Of a stretch of DNA of 64,000 nucleotides, positions 35,034 through 44,638 are shown piece after piece. Numbering within the stretch: the stretch's first letter is position 1; every line of letters begins with the position of its first letter. The notes beneath the pieces were generated by a model. That model searched no databases. It worked only from the letters and a program-made list of their open reading frames with translations, and was not told where the DNA came from. Source of the DNA: an uncultured Polyangiaceae bacterium (GTDB lineage Bacteria; Myxococcota_A; Polyangia; Polyangiales; Houyiibacteriaceae); assembly GCA_964195565.1 (NCBI GenBank), contig CAXMRN010000117.1, forward strand, positions 4,087 to 68,086, in the 5' to 3' direction. The translations under genes and the position numbers were made by a program.

Positions 35034-37178
35034 ATGGTCCGCCTCACCAATATTCTTGAAAAGGTGCAGGGATACCACCCCCGCGCGGATACCGATCTGA
35101 TCAACAAGGCATACGTGTATGCGTCGCGCATGCACGACGGGCAGACGCGCAAGTCGGGCGATGCGTATTTCATTCATCCGGTTTCGGTGGCGGACATCAT
35201 CGCCGACATGCGACTCGATGCATCGAGTGTGTGCGCCGCGTTGCTGCACGATGTTGTCGAAGATTGCGAAGCGAGCCTACCCGACATCGAATCGGTGTTC
35301 GGCGAAGAGGTCGCGTTCCTCGTCGATGGTGTGACCAAGCTCGGTAACGTCAACTTCGCGTCACGGGAAGACAGGCAGGCGGAGAGCTTCCGAAAGATGC
35401 TCGTTGCGATGTCACGCGACATCCGTGTGCTTCTGGTCAAGCTCGCCGATCGGCTCGACAACATGCGGACCCTCGAGCACATGTCGACGTCCGCGCAGGA
35501 ACGAATCGCGAGAGAGACACTGGAGATCTACGCGCCGCTCGCCGGGCGTCTCGGGATTCAATGGCTCAAGGCCGAGCTCGAGGACTTGAGCTTCCGGCAT
35601 CTCGAGCCCGAGGCCTACGCCGTCTTGGACGAGCAGGTCCAGGCGGTCTCGAAGAACACCGACAGCTACATCGCGGAGGTCACTGCCAAGCTAAAGAAGA
35701 TGTTGGTCACGCGCGGCTTCTCGGCGGAGGTCAGCGGGCGCCGCAAACATCTCTACTCGCTTCACCGCAAGATGAAGTCGAGCGGTATCGGTTTCGAGCA
35801 GGTCCACGATTTCGTTGCGTTTCGGGTCATCACGGAGAGCGTCGCCGATTGCTATGCGACCCTCGGGGTCATCCACTCGGAATGGACGCCCGTCCCTGGG
35901 CGATTCAAGGACTATATCGCTCTGCCGAAGTCCAACATGTATCAGTCGCTTCACACGACCGTCATCGGCCCTGTGAATCGACGCGTGGAGATCCAGATCC
36001 GCACGCACGAGATGCACCGGACCGCCGACTACGGCATCGCCGCGCATTGGCAGTACAAAGAGCACACCGGTGGCATAGACCCCAAGGACGCAGCGCGATT
36101 CGTGTGGCTCCGGCAGCTCTTGGAGTTCCAGAAGGAGGTCGCAGACCCCGAAGAATTCTACGAGAGCGTGAAGGTCGACCTCTTCCCAGAGGATGTGTAC
36201 GTCTTCACGCCGAAGGGAGACGTCAAGACCCTCCCACGGGGCGCCACCCCGGTCGATTTCGCGTATGCGGTCCACTCCGAGGTCGGTCATCGATGCTCGG
36301 GTGCTCGCGTCAATGGTGCGATCGTTCCATTGCGCCACAAGCTTCAGAACGGTGACGTCGTCGAGATCATCACCAGCAAGAACCATCACCCGAGCAAGGA
36401 CTGGCTCGAGTTCGTCAGCACGAGCCGTGCCCGAGGCCGTATTCGCACCTACTTGCGAACCGAAGAGCGTAAGCAAGCTGTTAAACTCGGGAAACAGCTC
36501 CTCGAGAAGGAGCTACGCAAGAACACCATGTCGCTGTCGCGCTTCTTGAAGAGCAAGCGCGCCAAGGAGGTCCTTTCGCATTTCCACGCGAGCAGCGAAG
36601 ACGAGCTGTACGCGCGGATCGGCATCGGCAAGCTTGCTCTGCCCTCCGTGATGGAAGAGATCATCCCGAGCGAGGACACGGAGCGTGAGAGTCTTCGACC
36701 CGGTTTCATCGAGCGAACCGTCCAGCGCGTCTCCGGTGATGTAGACGGCACTGGCATCCGTATTCAAGGCATGGACAACATGCTCGTGAGGTTCGCGCAG
36801 TGTTGCACTCCCGTTCCGGGCGACGCCGTCACCGGCTGGATCACCCGTGGTCGCGGGGTGTCCGTGCACCGTCGGGGCTGCGCTCGAGTGCTGGAGCTCG
36901 ATCCGGAGCGCCGCGTCCAGGTCAGCTGGGCCGCCGATGTTGACGTGGATTTGCCGGTTTCCCTCCGCGTCATGACCGATGACCGCGCGGGGATCCTCGC
37001 CTTGGTTTCGTCAGTGTTTTCCTCGAATGGGATCAGCATCAGCGAGGCGTCATGTCTGTCCAAGGACGGCCGCGCGGAGAATATGTTTCATTTTCGAGTC
37101 AGCGACGTCGATCGGCTGAGGGGCATCATGCGAGGGGTCGCCAAGTTGAAGGGCGTGATCGACGTGGAGCGGGTGTAG
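35034..37178 (+). CDS. rel: Bifunctional (p)ppGpp synthetase/hydrolase
   Basis: HDGQTRKSG, intact LLHDVVED, KLADRLDNMRTL, RFKDY, YQSLHT, EIQIRT, TGS (VFTPKG), CC and ACT domains. Confidence 0.95.
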   Translation: MVRLTNILEKVQGYHPRADTDLINKAYVYASRMHDGQTRKSGDAYFIHPVSVADIIADMRLDASSVCAALLHDVVEDCEASLPDIESVFGEEVAFLVDGVTKLGNVNFASREDRQAESFRKMLVAMSRDIRVLLVKLADRLDNMRTLEHMSTSAQERIARETLEIYAPLAGRLGIQWLKAELEDLSFRHLEPEAYAVLDEQVQAVSKNTDSYIAEVTAKLKKMLVTRGFSAEVSGRRKHLYSLHRKMKSSGIGFEQVHDFVAFRVITESVADCYATLGVIHSEWTPVPGRFKDYIALPKSNMYQSLHTTVIGPVNRRVEIQIRTHEMHRTADYGIAAHWQYKEHTGGIDPKDAARFVWLRQLLEFQKEVADPEEFYESVKVDLFPEDVYVFTPKGDVKTLPRGATPVDFAYAVHSEVGHRCSGARVNGAIVPLRHKLQNGDVVEIITSKNHHPSKDWLEFVSTSRARGRIRTYLRTEERKQAVKLGKQLLEKELRKNTMSLSRFLKSKRAKEVLSHFHASSEDELYARIGIGKLALPSVMEEIIPSEDTERESLRPGFIERTVQRVSGDVDGTGIRIQGMDNMLVRFAQCCTPVPGDAVTGWITRGRGVSVHRRGCARVLELDPERRVQVSWAADVDVDLPVSLRVMTDDRAGILALVSSVFSSNGISISEASCLSKDGRAENMFHFRVSDVDRLRGIMRGVAKLKGVIDVERV

Positions 37179-37201
37179 AGAACCGAGGCCCCGGTTGGGG
37201 T

Positions 37202-38041
37202 TCAGGTTGGGGTTTCAGCGCCGTCTTCTGTGGAGCGCCAGATGATCGCGAGTGCGCCGGCCGCTCCGCCAAGCGCCCCGAGCAGGAGCCACCAGCTGAT
37301 GTGCTCGACCCGCTGGGTGAGGGTGTTGAAGCCCTCGATGCGAATCATGGTGGCTGGGAGCAGGAGGGGAACGGCATTTACGCCGGCGTGCATGGCGATG
37401 CTCGCGAGGGTGGACTTCGTTCGCAACGCGACGGCGCCGAGCACCAGTCCGCCGAGGGTCGCGTAAAGCATCGCGGCGGGCTCGATGTGTACCAGCCCGA
37501 ACAGAAGCGAGCTCCAGACCAGTGCGCGACGGCTGCCGTACTGATCCTTCAGGTCCTGCAGGAGCCAGCCCCGAAACAGTAGCTCTTCGGTGACGGGCGC
37601 TACCAAAACGAGGGCGAGGAGAGCGGAAACCCCACCCCACCAGGTAGTCGGGTTGATCAGCCGGTGTCGCCGAGCGAGCTCGTCGAAGCTGATGGGCCAG
37701 ACCTCCTGTACGAGATTGCCGATCTCGGCGAGTGGGAGCTGCATGAACGCCCCTGCGGCGAAGCACAGCGCTACCATGCCTCCGATCAATGGGCGGACGT
37801 GTACTGACTCGAGAAGACCTCCCTCACGCCGTCTGTGCGGAAATGCGACGATGAAGATCACGCCGACGCTTGCGGCTTGCACCAGCGCGTAGTTCAGTGG
37901 TGCTTGGGCGGCCGCGCGGATGGCCTCCCCCCAGGGGACCGATATGCTTCGCAGCTGCAGAAACCCCGCGAGCCCCATGAACAGATGGTTGAGGACCGGG
38001 ACGGCCAAGGCGATGACCAAAGCTCTCAGATATCCGCCCAC
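37202..38041 (-). CDS. CPBP (CAAX/Abi) intramembrane metalloprotease
   Basis: APVTEELLFRG, FGLVH, AMHAGVN. Confidence 0.9.
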   Translation of the reverse strand: MGGYLRALVIALAVPVLNHLFMGLAGFLQLRSISVPWGEAIRAAAQAPLNYALVQAASVGVIFIVAFPHRRREGGLLESVHVRPLIGGMVALCFAAGAFMQLPLAEIGNLVQEVWPISFDELARRHRLINPTTWWGGVSALLALVLVAPVTEELLFRGWLLQDLKDQYGSRRALVWSSLLFGLVHIEPAAMLYATLGGLVLGAVALRTKSTLASIAMHAGVNAVPLLLPATMIRIEGFNTLTQRVEHISWWLLLGALGGAAGALAIIWRSTEDGAETPT

Positions 38042-38131
38042 GATAAGGCGTAGCCTGACACGTTCCCCCGGGGGCCGGGCAAGATATGAACCTGCTTTGA
38101 TCGGCGGACCCTGCTATAGCGGCTCTGCAGT

Positions 38132-40258
38132 ATGAGGATCCGTTTCCTGATCATTCTTGGGTTGCTGAGCCTCACGGTCGCGTGTGCCCACTCCAAGTCG
38201 TCCACTCGCGGTACCGCGGGCGCCCGCGTCAAGAGCGCGGAGCCGGTCCCGCAGGCCGAGTATCCCGACGAGACTCGGCGATTCTTGCGGATGTCCATCG
38301 ACAATCCCGAGCGCGTGAAGCTGCGAGACCGCCTGATCGCCTCGGTGCTGTCCCAGGCACAGAGCCTGGCCGACGTCGGCGACTACGAGGGCGTCGTTGT
38401 CGAGGTGAGCCGCCTGACGATGTTCCTTTCGCCTTCCGAGTACGCCGCGGGCGTTCTTCCGAAGTACGTCGAGCCCATCGCGAAGCACATCGTCGACCAA
38501 GGAGGCCGGCTCGGCGACGAGGGTAACGTTCTCGCTGCGAACTACATTCTCGAACGCTTGACCGGCGACGAATTGTACGAGCGGCAGTACGACGTGGTGG
38601 CGAGTTGGGGACGCGAGGCACGTGCGAACCTCGACACGGTATCCGAGCAATATGCGGGTCTCATTTCGGTGTGGACCGACCACGCGGACTTGACCCCTGC
38701 TCCCGACGTTCTCGACACGCTTGCCGGTTTGCACATCGCGGGGCGTGATGCGGTAGCGGCAGAGAGCGCCGAGAATCGCCACCGGCTCGGAATTCGAGGC
38801 GAGCGGCAGCTGAGGCTGGCGCCACTGAACGTCGCGGCGGTGTACCTCGCGCACGGCGACCTCGACTCCGCCGTCGCGAAGGTTGAATCGATGAGCGCCG
38901 GTGGGGAGCTACAGGTTCGACTTCTCGATCTGATGCGCGCTGCTGGGAGCGCCGATGAGGTCGGCGCCGCGGCGACCTTCGAGCTCGTCGAGGGCTACAG
39001 AGTGGCGCGTCCGGACGTCGCAGCAGGCTTGTGCCGCTCGGCGCTCCTCCGCTTCCCTCAGGATCATCGGTTCCCGACTTGCATGGCGCGGGTGGCCGCG
39101 GATTCCGAGCAATTCGCAGACGCGACGGCGTGGTACGTGATCGCGATCGAGCTCTCCCCAGAGCTGATCGACCTCTACGACGAGGCCTTGGGCCAGCTCG
39201 ACGAGTTCATCAAAACGCGGCTGGCGGACCCACACCCGGAGCGTTCGAGTGCGTTGGCCCGCGGCGCGGAGACGATGCTCGCGGAGCGGCAGAAGCGGTG
39301 GCCGGACACGACGCCACCGATCGCGACCAACGAGCTCGAGTTTTTGATCGGGATGCTCGAGATGAACGCGGGTCATGCCGATGAGGCCCAACAACGTTTC
39401 GAGAAGAGCCTCCTAAGGGACGAGGAGCCGGCCGCCTTGTCGCAACTCGGCCTTCTGCTCGAGCGCACGGGGCACCCGAAGGAGGCGGAGCAACGCTACC
39501 GGCGAGCCTTGGAGCTCGCGCCGTCCAACACCCTGGCCGACGACCTACAACGTGCCGACATTCTCGAGAACTTGGGCAACGCCGCGCGCAGTCAAGGCAG
39601 GACCGGCGAGATGACCGCGCACTACACCTCGGCGCTCGGCTCGTGGACCGAAGCACGCGACCAGGTGGAGGGGCCAACCGCAGCGCTCGTCGAAATGCGG
39701 CGCGGCGTGCTTCTCGACAACCTCGGTCATCACGAGCGAGCGGTCGATGCATTCGAGAACGCCATGTCCCATGCGCCGCAGTGGCGCGACGTGTATGCGG
39801 GCATCTTGGCGCACCTCGTCTCGTCCGACCCCGATTTCGAGCTGGCGGGGTCGGTTTGGCGGAGGTCGCAGCTGCACCTGACCTTGCCGCCCGAATGGAA
39901 GGTCTACTTCACCCTGTGGATTCAGTTGATCACGGCGCGCGCTGGGCAACCTCCCGCCCCAGAGCACACCGACCTGCTTCGGCGCCTCGGGGCTAGCTCG
40001 AGCTGGTGGGGCAAACTTGCGAGCTTTGGCGCGGGCGACCTCGATTACGAGAGCTTGCTCAGCGTGGCGTCGAGTCTCGGCGAGGAGACCGAGGCGCTCT
40101 ATTACGAGGGCAGCCGGCTCTTCATCGCCGGGGAACGCAAGGCTGCCAACGAGCAGTTCCAGCGGGTGCTCGACACCAAGATGGTGAGCTTCTTCGAGTA
40201 CGAGATGGCGCGGAAACTGCTGGTGGAGCAGAAGAGGACCGACGAGCGGAAGCCGTGA
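38132..40258 (+). CDS. Large TPR lipoprotein with NlpI-like C-terminus
   Basis: LSLTVA|C lipobox, TPR units (ALSQLGLLLERTGHPKEAEQRYRRALELAP), terminal EALYYEG...FQRVLDTKMVSFFEYEMA. Confidence 0.75.
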   Translation: MRIRFLIILGLLSLTVACAHSKSSTRGTAGARVKSAEPVPQAEYPDETRRFLRMSIDNPERVKLRDRLIASVLSQAQSLADVGDYEGVVVEVSRLTMFLSPSEYAAGVLPKYVEPIAKHIVDQGGRLGDEGNVLAANYILERLTGDELYERQYDVVASWGREARANLDTVSEQYAGLISVWTDHADLTPAPDVLDTLAGLHIAGRDAVAAESAENRHRLGIRGERQLRLAPLNVAAVYLAHGDLDSAVAKVESMSAGGELQVRLLDLMRAAGSADEVGAAATFELVEGYRVARPDVAAGLCRSALLRFPQDHRFPTCMARVAADSEQFADATAWYVIAIELSPELIDLYDEALGQLDEFIKTRLADPHPERSSALARGAETMLAERQKRWPDTTPPIATNELEFLIGMLEMNAGHADEAQQRFEKSLLRDEEPAALSQLGLLLERTGHPKEAEQRYRRALELAPSNTLADDLQRADILENLGNAARSQGRTGEMTAHYTSALGSWTEARDQVEGPTAALVEMRRGVLLDNLGHHERAVDAFENAMSHAPQWRDVYAGILAHLVSSDPDFELAGSVWRRSQLHLTLPPEWKVYFTLWIQLITARAGQPPAPEHTDLLRRLGASSSWWGKLASFGAGDLDYESLLSVASSLGEETEALYYEGSRLFIAGERKAANEQFQRVLDTKMVSFFEYEMARKLLVEQKRTDERKP

Positions 40259-42591
40259 TCGACTACGAGAAGCTCGGACGGTTCTACCTCGGACGGCACT
40301 TTGAGCCCGGGCGTGGCGAGCCCAACGAGGTTCCCGTCCTGTACGACTCGAAGGACCTCACGACGCACGCGGTGTGCGTTGGGATGACCGGAAGCGGCAA
40401 GACCGGCCTGTGTATCACCCTGCTCGAAGAGGCGGCGATCGATGGCATCCCCGCCCTGTGCATCGATCCCAAGGGTGATCTTGGCAACCTCCTGCTCACC
40501 TTTCCCGAGCTCCGGCCGAGTGACTTCGAGCCGTGGATCGACCCGTCGGAAGCCGAGCGAAAGGGCCGCTCGGTGGGCGAGCAGGCTGAAGCGGTGTCGT
40601 CGCTTTGGCGAGAGGGCCTCGCCGAGTGGGGCCAAGATGGCGCGCGCATCGCTCGCTTCAAAGAGGCCGTCGACATCGCCATCTATACGCCGGGGAGCTC
40701 GGCCGGCCGACCGCTTCGTGTGTTGGAGTCGCTCGAGCCGCCGAGTGACGAGGCCGATGAGGACGCGCGACGCGATGAGATCATGGGTGCAGTCTCAGGC
40801 CTCCTTGCGCTCGTCGGCATCGACCCCGATCCGGTCAACAGCAAGGAGCACATCCTCCTCTCGAACCTGCTCTCTCACGCGTGGTCTCGAGGCGAATCTC
40901 TCGAGCTGGGCGATCTCGTCCGAGGGATCTCGGACCCGCCATTCGACCGGATCGGCGTCATGGGTTTGGAGACGTTCTACCCTGCCTCCGACAGACAGAA
41001 GTTCGCGATGCGTCTCAACGGAGTATTGGCGTCCCCGGGGTTCTCCGTGTGGCTCGAAGGCGAGGCGCTCGACATTCAGCGCCTACTGTGGACGGAAGAC
41101 GGCAAACCTCGGGTCACGATTCTGTCGATCGCGCACCTGAGCGAGGCGGAGCGCATGTTCTTCGTGAGCACGGTGCTCAACCGGGTCGTGTCTTGGGTGC
41201 GCACTCAGACCGGCACATCGAGCCTTCGTGCGATCCTGTACATGGACGAGGTCTTCGGGTTTCTTCCTCCGATTGCTGAGCCTCCCTCGAAGAGGCCGCT
41301 CCTCACGCTTCTGAAGCAGGCGCGCGCCTACGGCCTCGGCGTCGTCCTCGCAACGCAGAACCCGGTCGATCTCGACTACAAAGCGCTCTCCAACTGCGGC
41401 ACGTGGTTTCTCGGACGGCTGCAGACCGAGCGCGACGTCGCGCGGGTCATCGATGGGCTGGAAGGCGCCTCGTCCGCGGCCGGGAACGCGCTCGACCGCG
41501 GCGAGATCGAGCGCCTGCTTGCCGGGCTTCGGAGCCGCGTGTTTCTGTTGCAGAATGCGCACGAGGACGGACACATTCTGTTCCACACTCGCTGGGCGAT
41601 GTCCTATCTGCGAGGGCCGCTTACGCGCCGGCAGATCAAGCGTCTGAGCCCGCCGGCCACGCGCCCCGGGCCTAAAACACCCACGGAGCCCAGGTCGGGC
41701 GGTGAAGCCACGGCGTCCAAGGGCGCTCGACCGGTCCTCCCCGCCGGCATCGAGGAAGCGTTCCTGAGCGGCGAACCCGGCACCTATCGTCCGCACGTGG
41801 TGGCCACCGTCTCCGTGCACTACGTGCGCGCATCTCACGGCCTCGACGTGTGGGAGGAGCATCTGATTCTCGCGCCGCTCGGCGACGAGACGCCATGGGA
41901 CGCGGCCACCCTCTTCGGTCCGAGCGAGCTCGAACTCGACCACGATGCTCCGGACGATGCTGCCTTCGTCGCACCGCCGTCGGGTTCGGTCGCGAAGGCA
42001 CGATTCCGGAGCTACGGCAAACAGATCAAAACGCATCTCTATCAGAATCGGCCGAAGGTTCTCTGGAGTTGCAAACCTTTGAAGCTTCGGTCCGAGCCGA
42101 ACGAGACCAAGGCTGAGTTCTGCGCAAGAGCGCAACTCGTCCGGCGCGAGAAACGAGACGCTGCCGTCGAGAAGCTTCGCGGCCGGTATGCGAAGAAGGT
42201 CCGGCAGATGGACGAGCGTATTCGCCGCGCGGAGGTTCGCGTGGAGCGAGAGCAGGGTCAGGTGGACCAGCAGAAGTTGCAGACCGGGATATCGATGGGC
42301 GCTTCGGTCCTGGGCGCGATCTTCGGCAAGCGCAGCATGGGCGGAATCACGACAGCGGCTCGCGGTGCGGGCAGAGTCGCCCGTGAGCGCGAGGATGTCC
42401 GCCGTGCCGAAGAAGGGGTGCGAGAGCTCGAGGAGGCACACAGGGCACTCGAGCTGGAGCTCGAAGCGGAGGTGCAGGCCCTCGAAGCGGATGCCGAACT
42501 CGATACGCCGGAGGTCGAGGAGGTCATCGTCCGTCCGAGGAAGTCGGACCTCGACGTGTCCAACCTCAGGCTTGCGTGGAAGCGCGACTGA
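40255..42591 (+). CDS. HerA/FtsK-superfamily ATPase (DUF853/DUF87-like) with coiled-coil tail
   Basis: [43 protein letters not shown] start overlaps the upstream stop. Confidence 0.85.
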   Translation: MIDYEKLGRFYLGRHFEPGRGEPNEVPVLYDSKDLTTHAVCVGMTGSGKTGLCITLLEEAAIDGIPALCIDPKGDLGNLLLTFPELRPSDFEPWIDPSEAERKGRSVGEQAEAVSSLWREGLAEWGQDGARIARFKEAVDIAIYTPGSSAGRPLRVLESLEPPSDEADEDARRDEIMGAVSGLLALVGIDPDPVNSKEHILLSNLLSHAWSRGESLELGDLVRGISDPPFDRIGVMGLETFYPASDRQKFAMRLNGVLASPGFSVWLEGEALDIQRLLWTEDGKPRVTILSIAHLSEAERMFFVSTVLNRVVSWVRTQTGTSSLRAILYMDEVFGFLPPIAEPPSKRPLLTLLKQARAYGLGVVLATQNPVDLDYKALSNCGTWFLGRLQTERDVARVIDGLEGASSAAGNALDRGEIERLLAGLRSRVFLLQNAHEDGHILFHTRWAMSYLRGPLTRRQIKRLSPPATRPGPKTPTEPRSGGEATASKGARPVLPAGIEEAFLSGEPGTYRPHVVATVSVHYVRASHGLDVWEEHLILAPLGDETPWDAATLFGPSELELDHDAPDDAAFVAPPSGSVAKARFRSYGKQIKTHLYQNRPKVLWSCKPLKLRSEPNETKAEFCARAQLVRREKRDAAVEKLRGRYAKKVRQMDERIRRAEVRVEREQGQVDQQKLQTGISMGASVLGAIFGKRSMGGITTAARGAGRVAREREDVRRAEEGVRELEEAHRALELELEAEVQALEADAELDTPEVEEVIVRPRKSDLDVSNLRLAWKRD

Positions 42592-43057
42592 TCGTCTCGA
42601 ACGCCTCACGCACCTCTGCGGGGGCTTCCACCAGCTCGATCAGGACACCTTCGCCACCGATCGGGGCGGCGTCGTCGCCCTTGGGATGGATGAAACACAC
42701 CCGGTGACCTGCCGCGCCGGCGCGGACGCCCCCTGGCGTGAACCGCACGCCTTGATCGCCCAGCCACAGTACCGCTGCGTCGATGTCGTCTACCCAGAGG
42801 CCGATGTGGTTGAGCGGGGGCGTGTCGACCCGGGGCTTCTTTTCGGGGTCGATAGGCTGCATCAAATCGACCTCGACCGTAAAGGGCCCCGCTCCCATCG
42901 TCACGATGTCCTCGTCGACGTTTTCCTTCTCGCTCTTGAAGTTGCCGTGCGGCGTCAGCCCGAGCGTGTCGACCCAGAGGCGGCGAAGAGCGCTCTTGTC
43001 GGCGGCGCCGACGGCGACCTGCTGGATTCCCAAAACCTTGAACGGACGAGTGGTCAT
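42566..43057 (-). CDS. VOC-family protein, probable methylmalonyl-CoA epimerase
   Basis: [44 protein letters not shown]. Confidence 0.75.
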   Translation of the reverse strand: MTTRPFKVLGIQQVAVGAADKSALRRLWVDTLGLTPHGNFKSEKENVDEDIVTMGAGPFTVEVDLMQPIDPEKKPRVDTPPLNHIGLWVDDIDAAVLWLGDQGVRFTPGGVRAGAAGHRVCFIHPKGDDAAPIGGEGVLIELVEAPAEVREAFETISRASTQA

Positions 43058-43128
43058 GCTTCCTCTTTTGGAGCGTCCGAACATACCCCGGTTGCCGCGC
43101 ATGTCCACATGGGACAGCCTCTCGCCCC

Positions 43129-44091
43129 GTGAAGACCTCTCTCACCGGAATCAAGCCCACGCACCTTCCACACCTGGGCAATTACTTGGGCGCGATTAGG
43201 CCTGCGCTGTCGCTGGTCGACGAGTACCGCACTCTCTATTTCATCGCGGACTATCATGCGTTGACGACGGTTCGGGACGCAGACGCGCTGCGTGGCTACG
43301 TTCGCGACGTGGCCGCGACGTGGCTCGCGTGCGGTCTCGATCCAGAACGCACCCTGCTTTACCGGCAGTCCGATGTGCCTGAAGTCTTCGAGCTCACCTG
43401 GGTGTTGAGCTGTCTTCTCGCCACGGGACAACTCGAGCGTGGTCACGCTTACAAGGACGCGCTCGCGCGCGGAGAATCACCGAGCGCAGGCCTGTTCAAC
43501 TATCCGGCGCTCATGGCTGCCGACATCTTACTGTACGACACCGACGTCGTGCCGATCGGAAAAGACCAGAAGCAGCACCTCGAGCTGACGCGCGATGTGG
43601 CGATGCGATTGAATCACATCTACGGCGAGAGCACCCTGGTCGTCCCCGAGGCGCTGATCAGCGAAGCTCCGCTCGTTCCGGGTACAGACGGCGAGAAGAT
43701 GAGCAAGAGCAAAGGCAATGGCATCCCGCTCTTCGAGTCGCCGAAGAAGCTCCGCAAAGTGATCATGGGCATCAAGACCACCTCCGAGGGCCTGGAAGAT
43801 CCCAAGGCTGCCGAGGGGTCCACGGTCTACGAGCTCTATGAGCTGGTCGCTCCCGAACGGGCCCCCGAGATGAAGCAAAAGCTTGCCGCCGGAGGTTACG
43901 GCTGGGGTCATGCGAAGGAAGATCTCTTTCAAGCCATCGAAGCGGAGATCGGCCCCAAACGAGAAGCGTACCTATCGATTCGGGCAGACGAGGCCGGGCT
44001 CGACGCGATCCTCGACGCCGGTGCCGACAAAGCACGCCAGATCGCGCGCAGGACGATTCAGCGTGTGCGAAGCGCGGTCGGCATCGATTGA
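43129..44091 (+). CDS. trpS: Tryptophan--tRNA ligase
   Basis: [41 protein letters not shown]. Confidence 0.96.
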   Translation: MKTSLTGIKPTHLPHLGNYLGAIRPALSLVDEYRTLYFIADYHALTTVRDADALRGYVRDVAATWLACGLDPERTLLYRQSDVPEVFELTWVLSCLLATGQLERGHAYKDALARGESPSAGLFNYPALMAADILLYDTDVVPIGKDQKQHLELTRDVAMRLNHIYGESTLVVPEALISEAPLVPGTDGEKMSKSKGNGIPLFESPKKLRKVIMGIKTTSEGLEDPKAAEGSTVYELYELVAPERAPEMKQKLAAGGYGWGHAKEDLFQAIEAEIGPKREAYLSIRADEAGLDAILDAGADKARQIARRTIQRVRSAVGID

Positions 44092-44092
44092 G

Positions 44093-44602
44093 TCAGTAGA
44101 CGCTGCTCCACTGAGAGTCATCGTCGAAGTTCTCGTAGTTTTCCTGCTGTTGCGCAGGCTGGCTCGAGTGTTCGACTTCGGGGATGACCAGCAGGCCCGG
44201 GTGGCCGCTTTCAACCGACTCGTTCGTGAGTAGAAACGTTTGCTTGTGTTTCTGCCACGTCTGTCGAATCACCGTGTTCGCCAAGACCATCGTGCTTTGG
44301 TCGTACCAACGGACGGCCACGCGTGAGAAAGCGCCTTCGCCTTCCTCGTCGGTGTGAGGGTTCATGCCGAGGATCTCGGTGTCTGCGATCTGGATGTCTC
44401 GACCCCAGCGCACATGCGAGAGCTTGAACTGCGGTCGAAATGGAGGCGCCACGAACCCGCTCGCCACGTCCATGCGACCCCACCGCGCGCCCTCATTGAG
44501 CTCGATCACCGAATCACGCATTCGTGTTTCGGGGCTGAGGTTCTGAAGCAAGCAGCCACAGAGCCCAACCAACAAGCCAGCCCACCAGAATTGTCTCGCC
44601 AT
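44093..44602 (-). CDS. Hypothetical lipoprotein
   Basis: AGLLVGLCG|C lipobox; alpha+beta body, possibly NTF2-like. Confidence 0.65.
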   Translation of the reverse strand: MARQFWWAGLLVGLCGCLLQNLSPETRMRDSVIELNEGARWGRMDVASGFVAPPFRPQFKLSHVRWGRDIQIADTEILGMNPHTDEEGEGAFSRVAVRWYDQSTMVLANTVIRQTWQKHKQTFLLTNESVESGHPGLLVIPEVEHSSQPAQQQENYENFDDDSQWSSVY

Positions 44603-44638
44603 GGGCCGACGCTAGGCCCGAGGCTCGGCACTGCGCAA

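Noticed and set aside
40255..42591. HerA ATPase as an anti-phage system (SIR2-HerA, NurA-HerA)
   Set aside because: No nuclease, sirtuin or other effector is adjacent, and the context is housekeeping.
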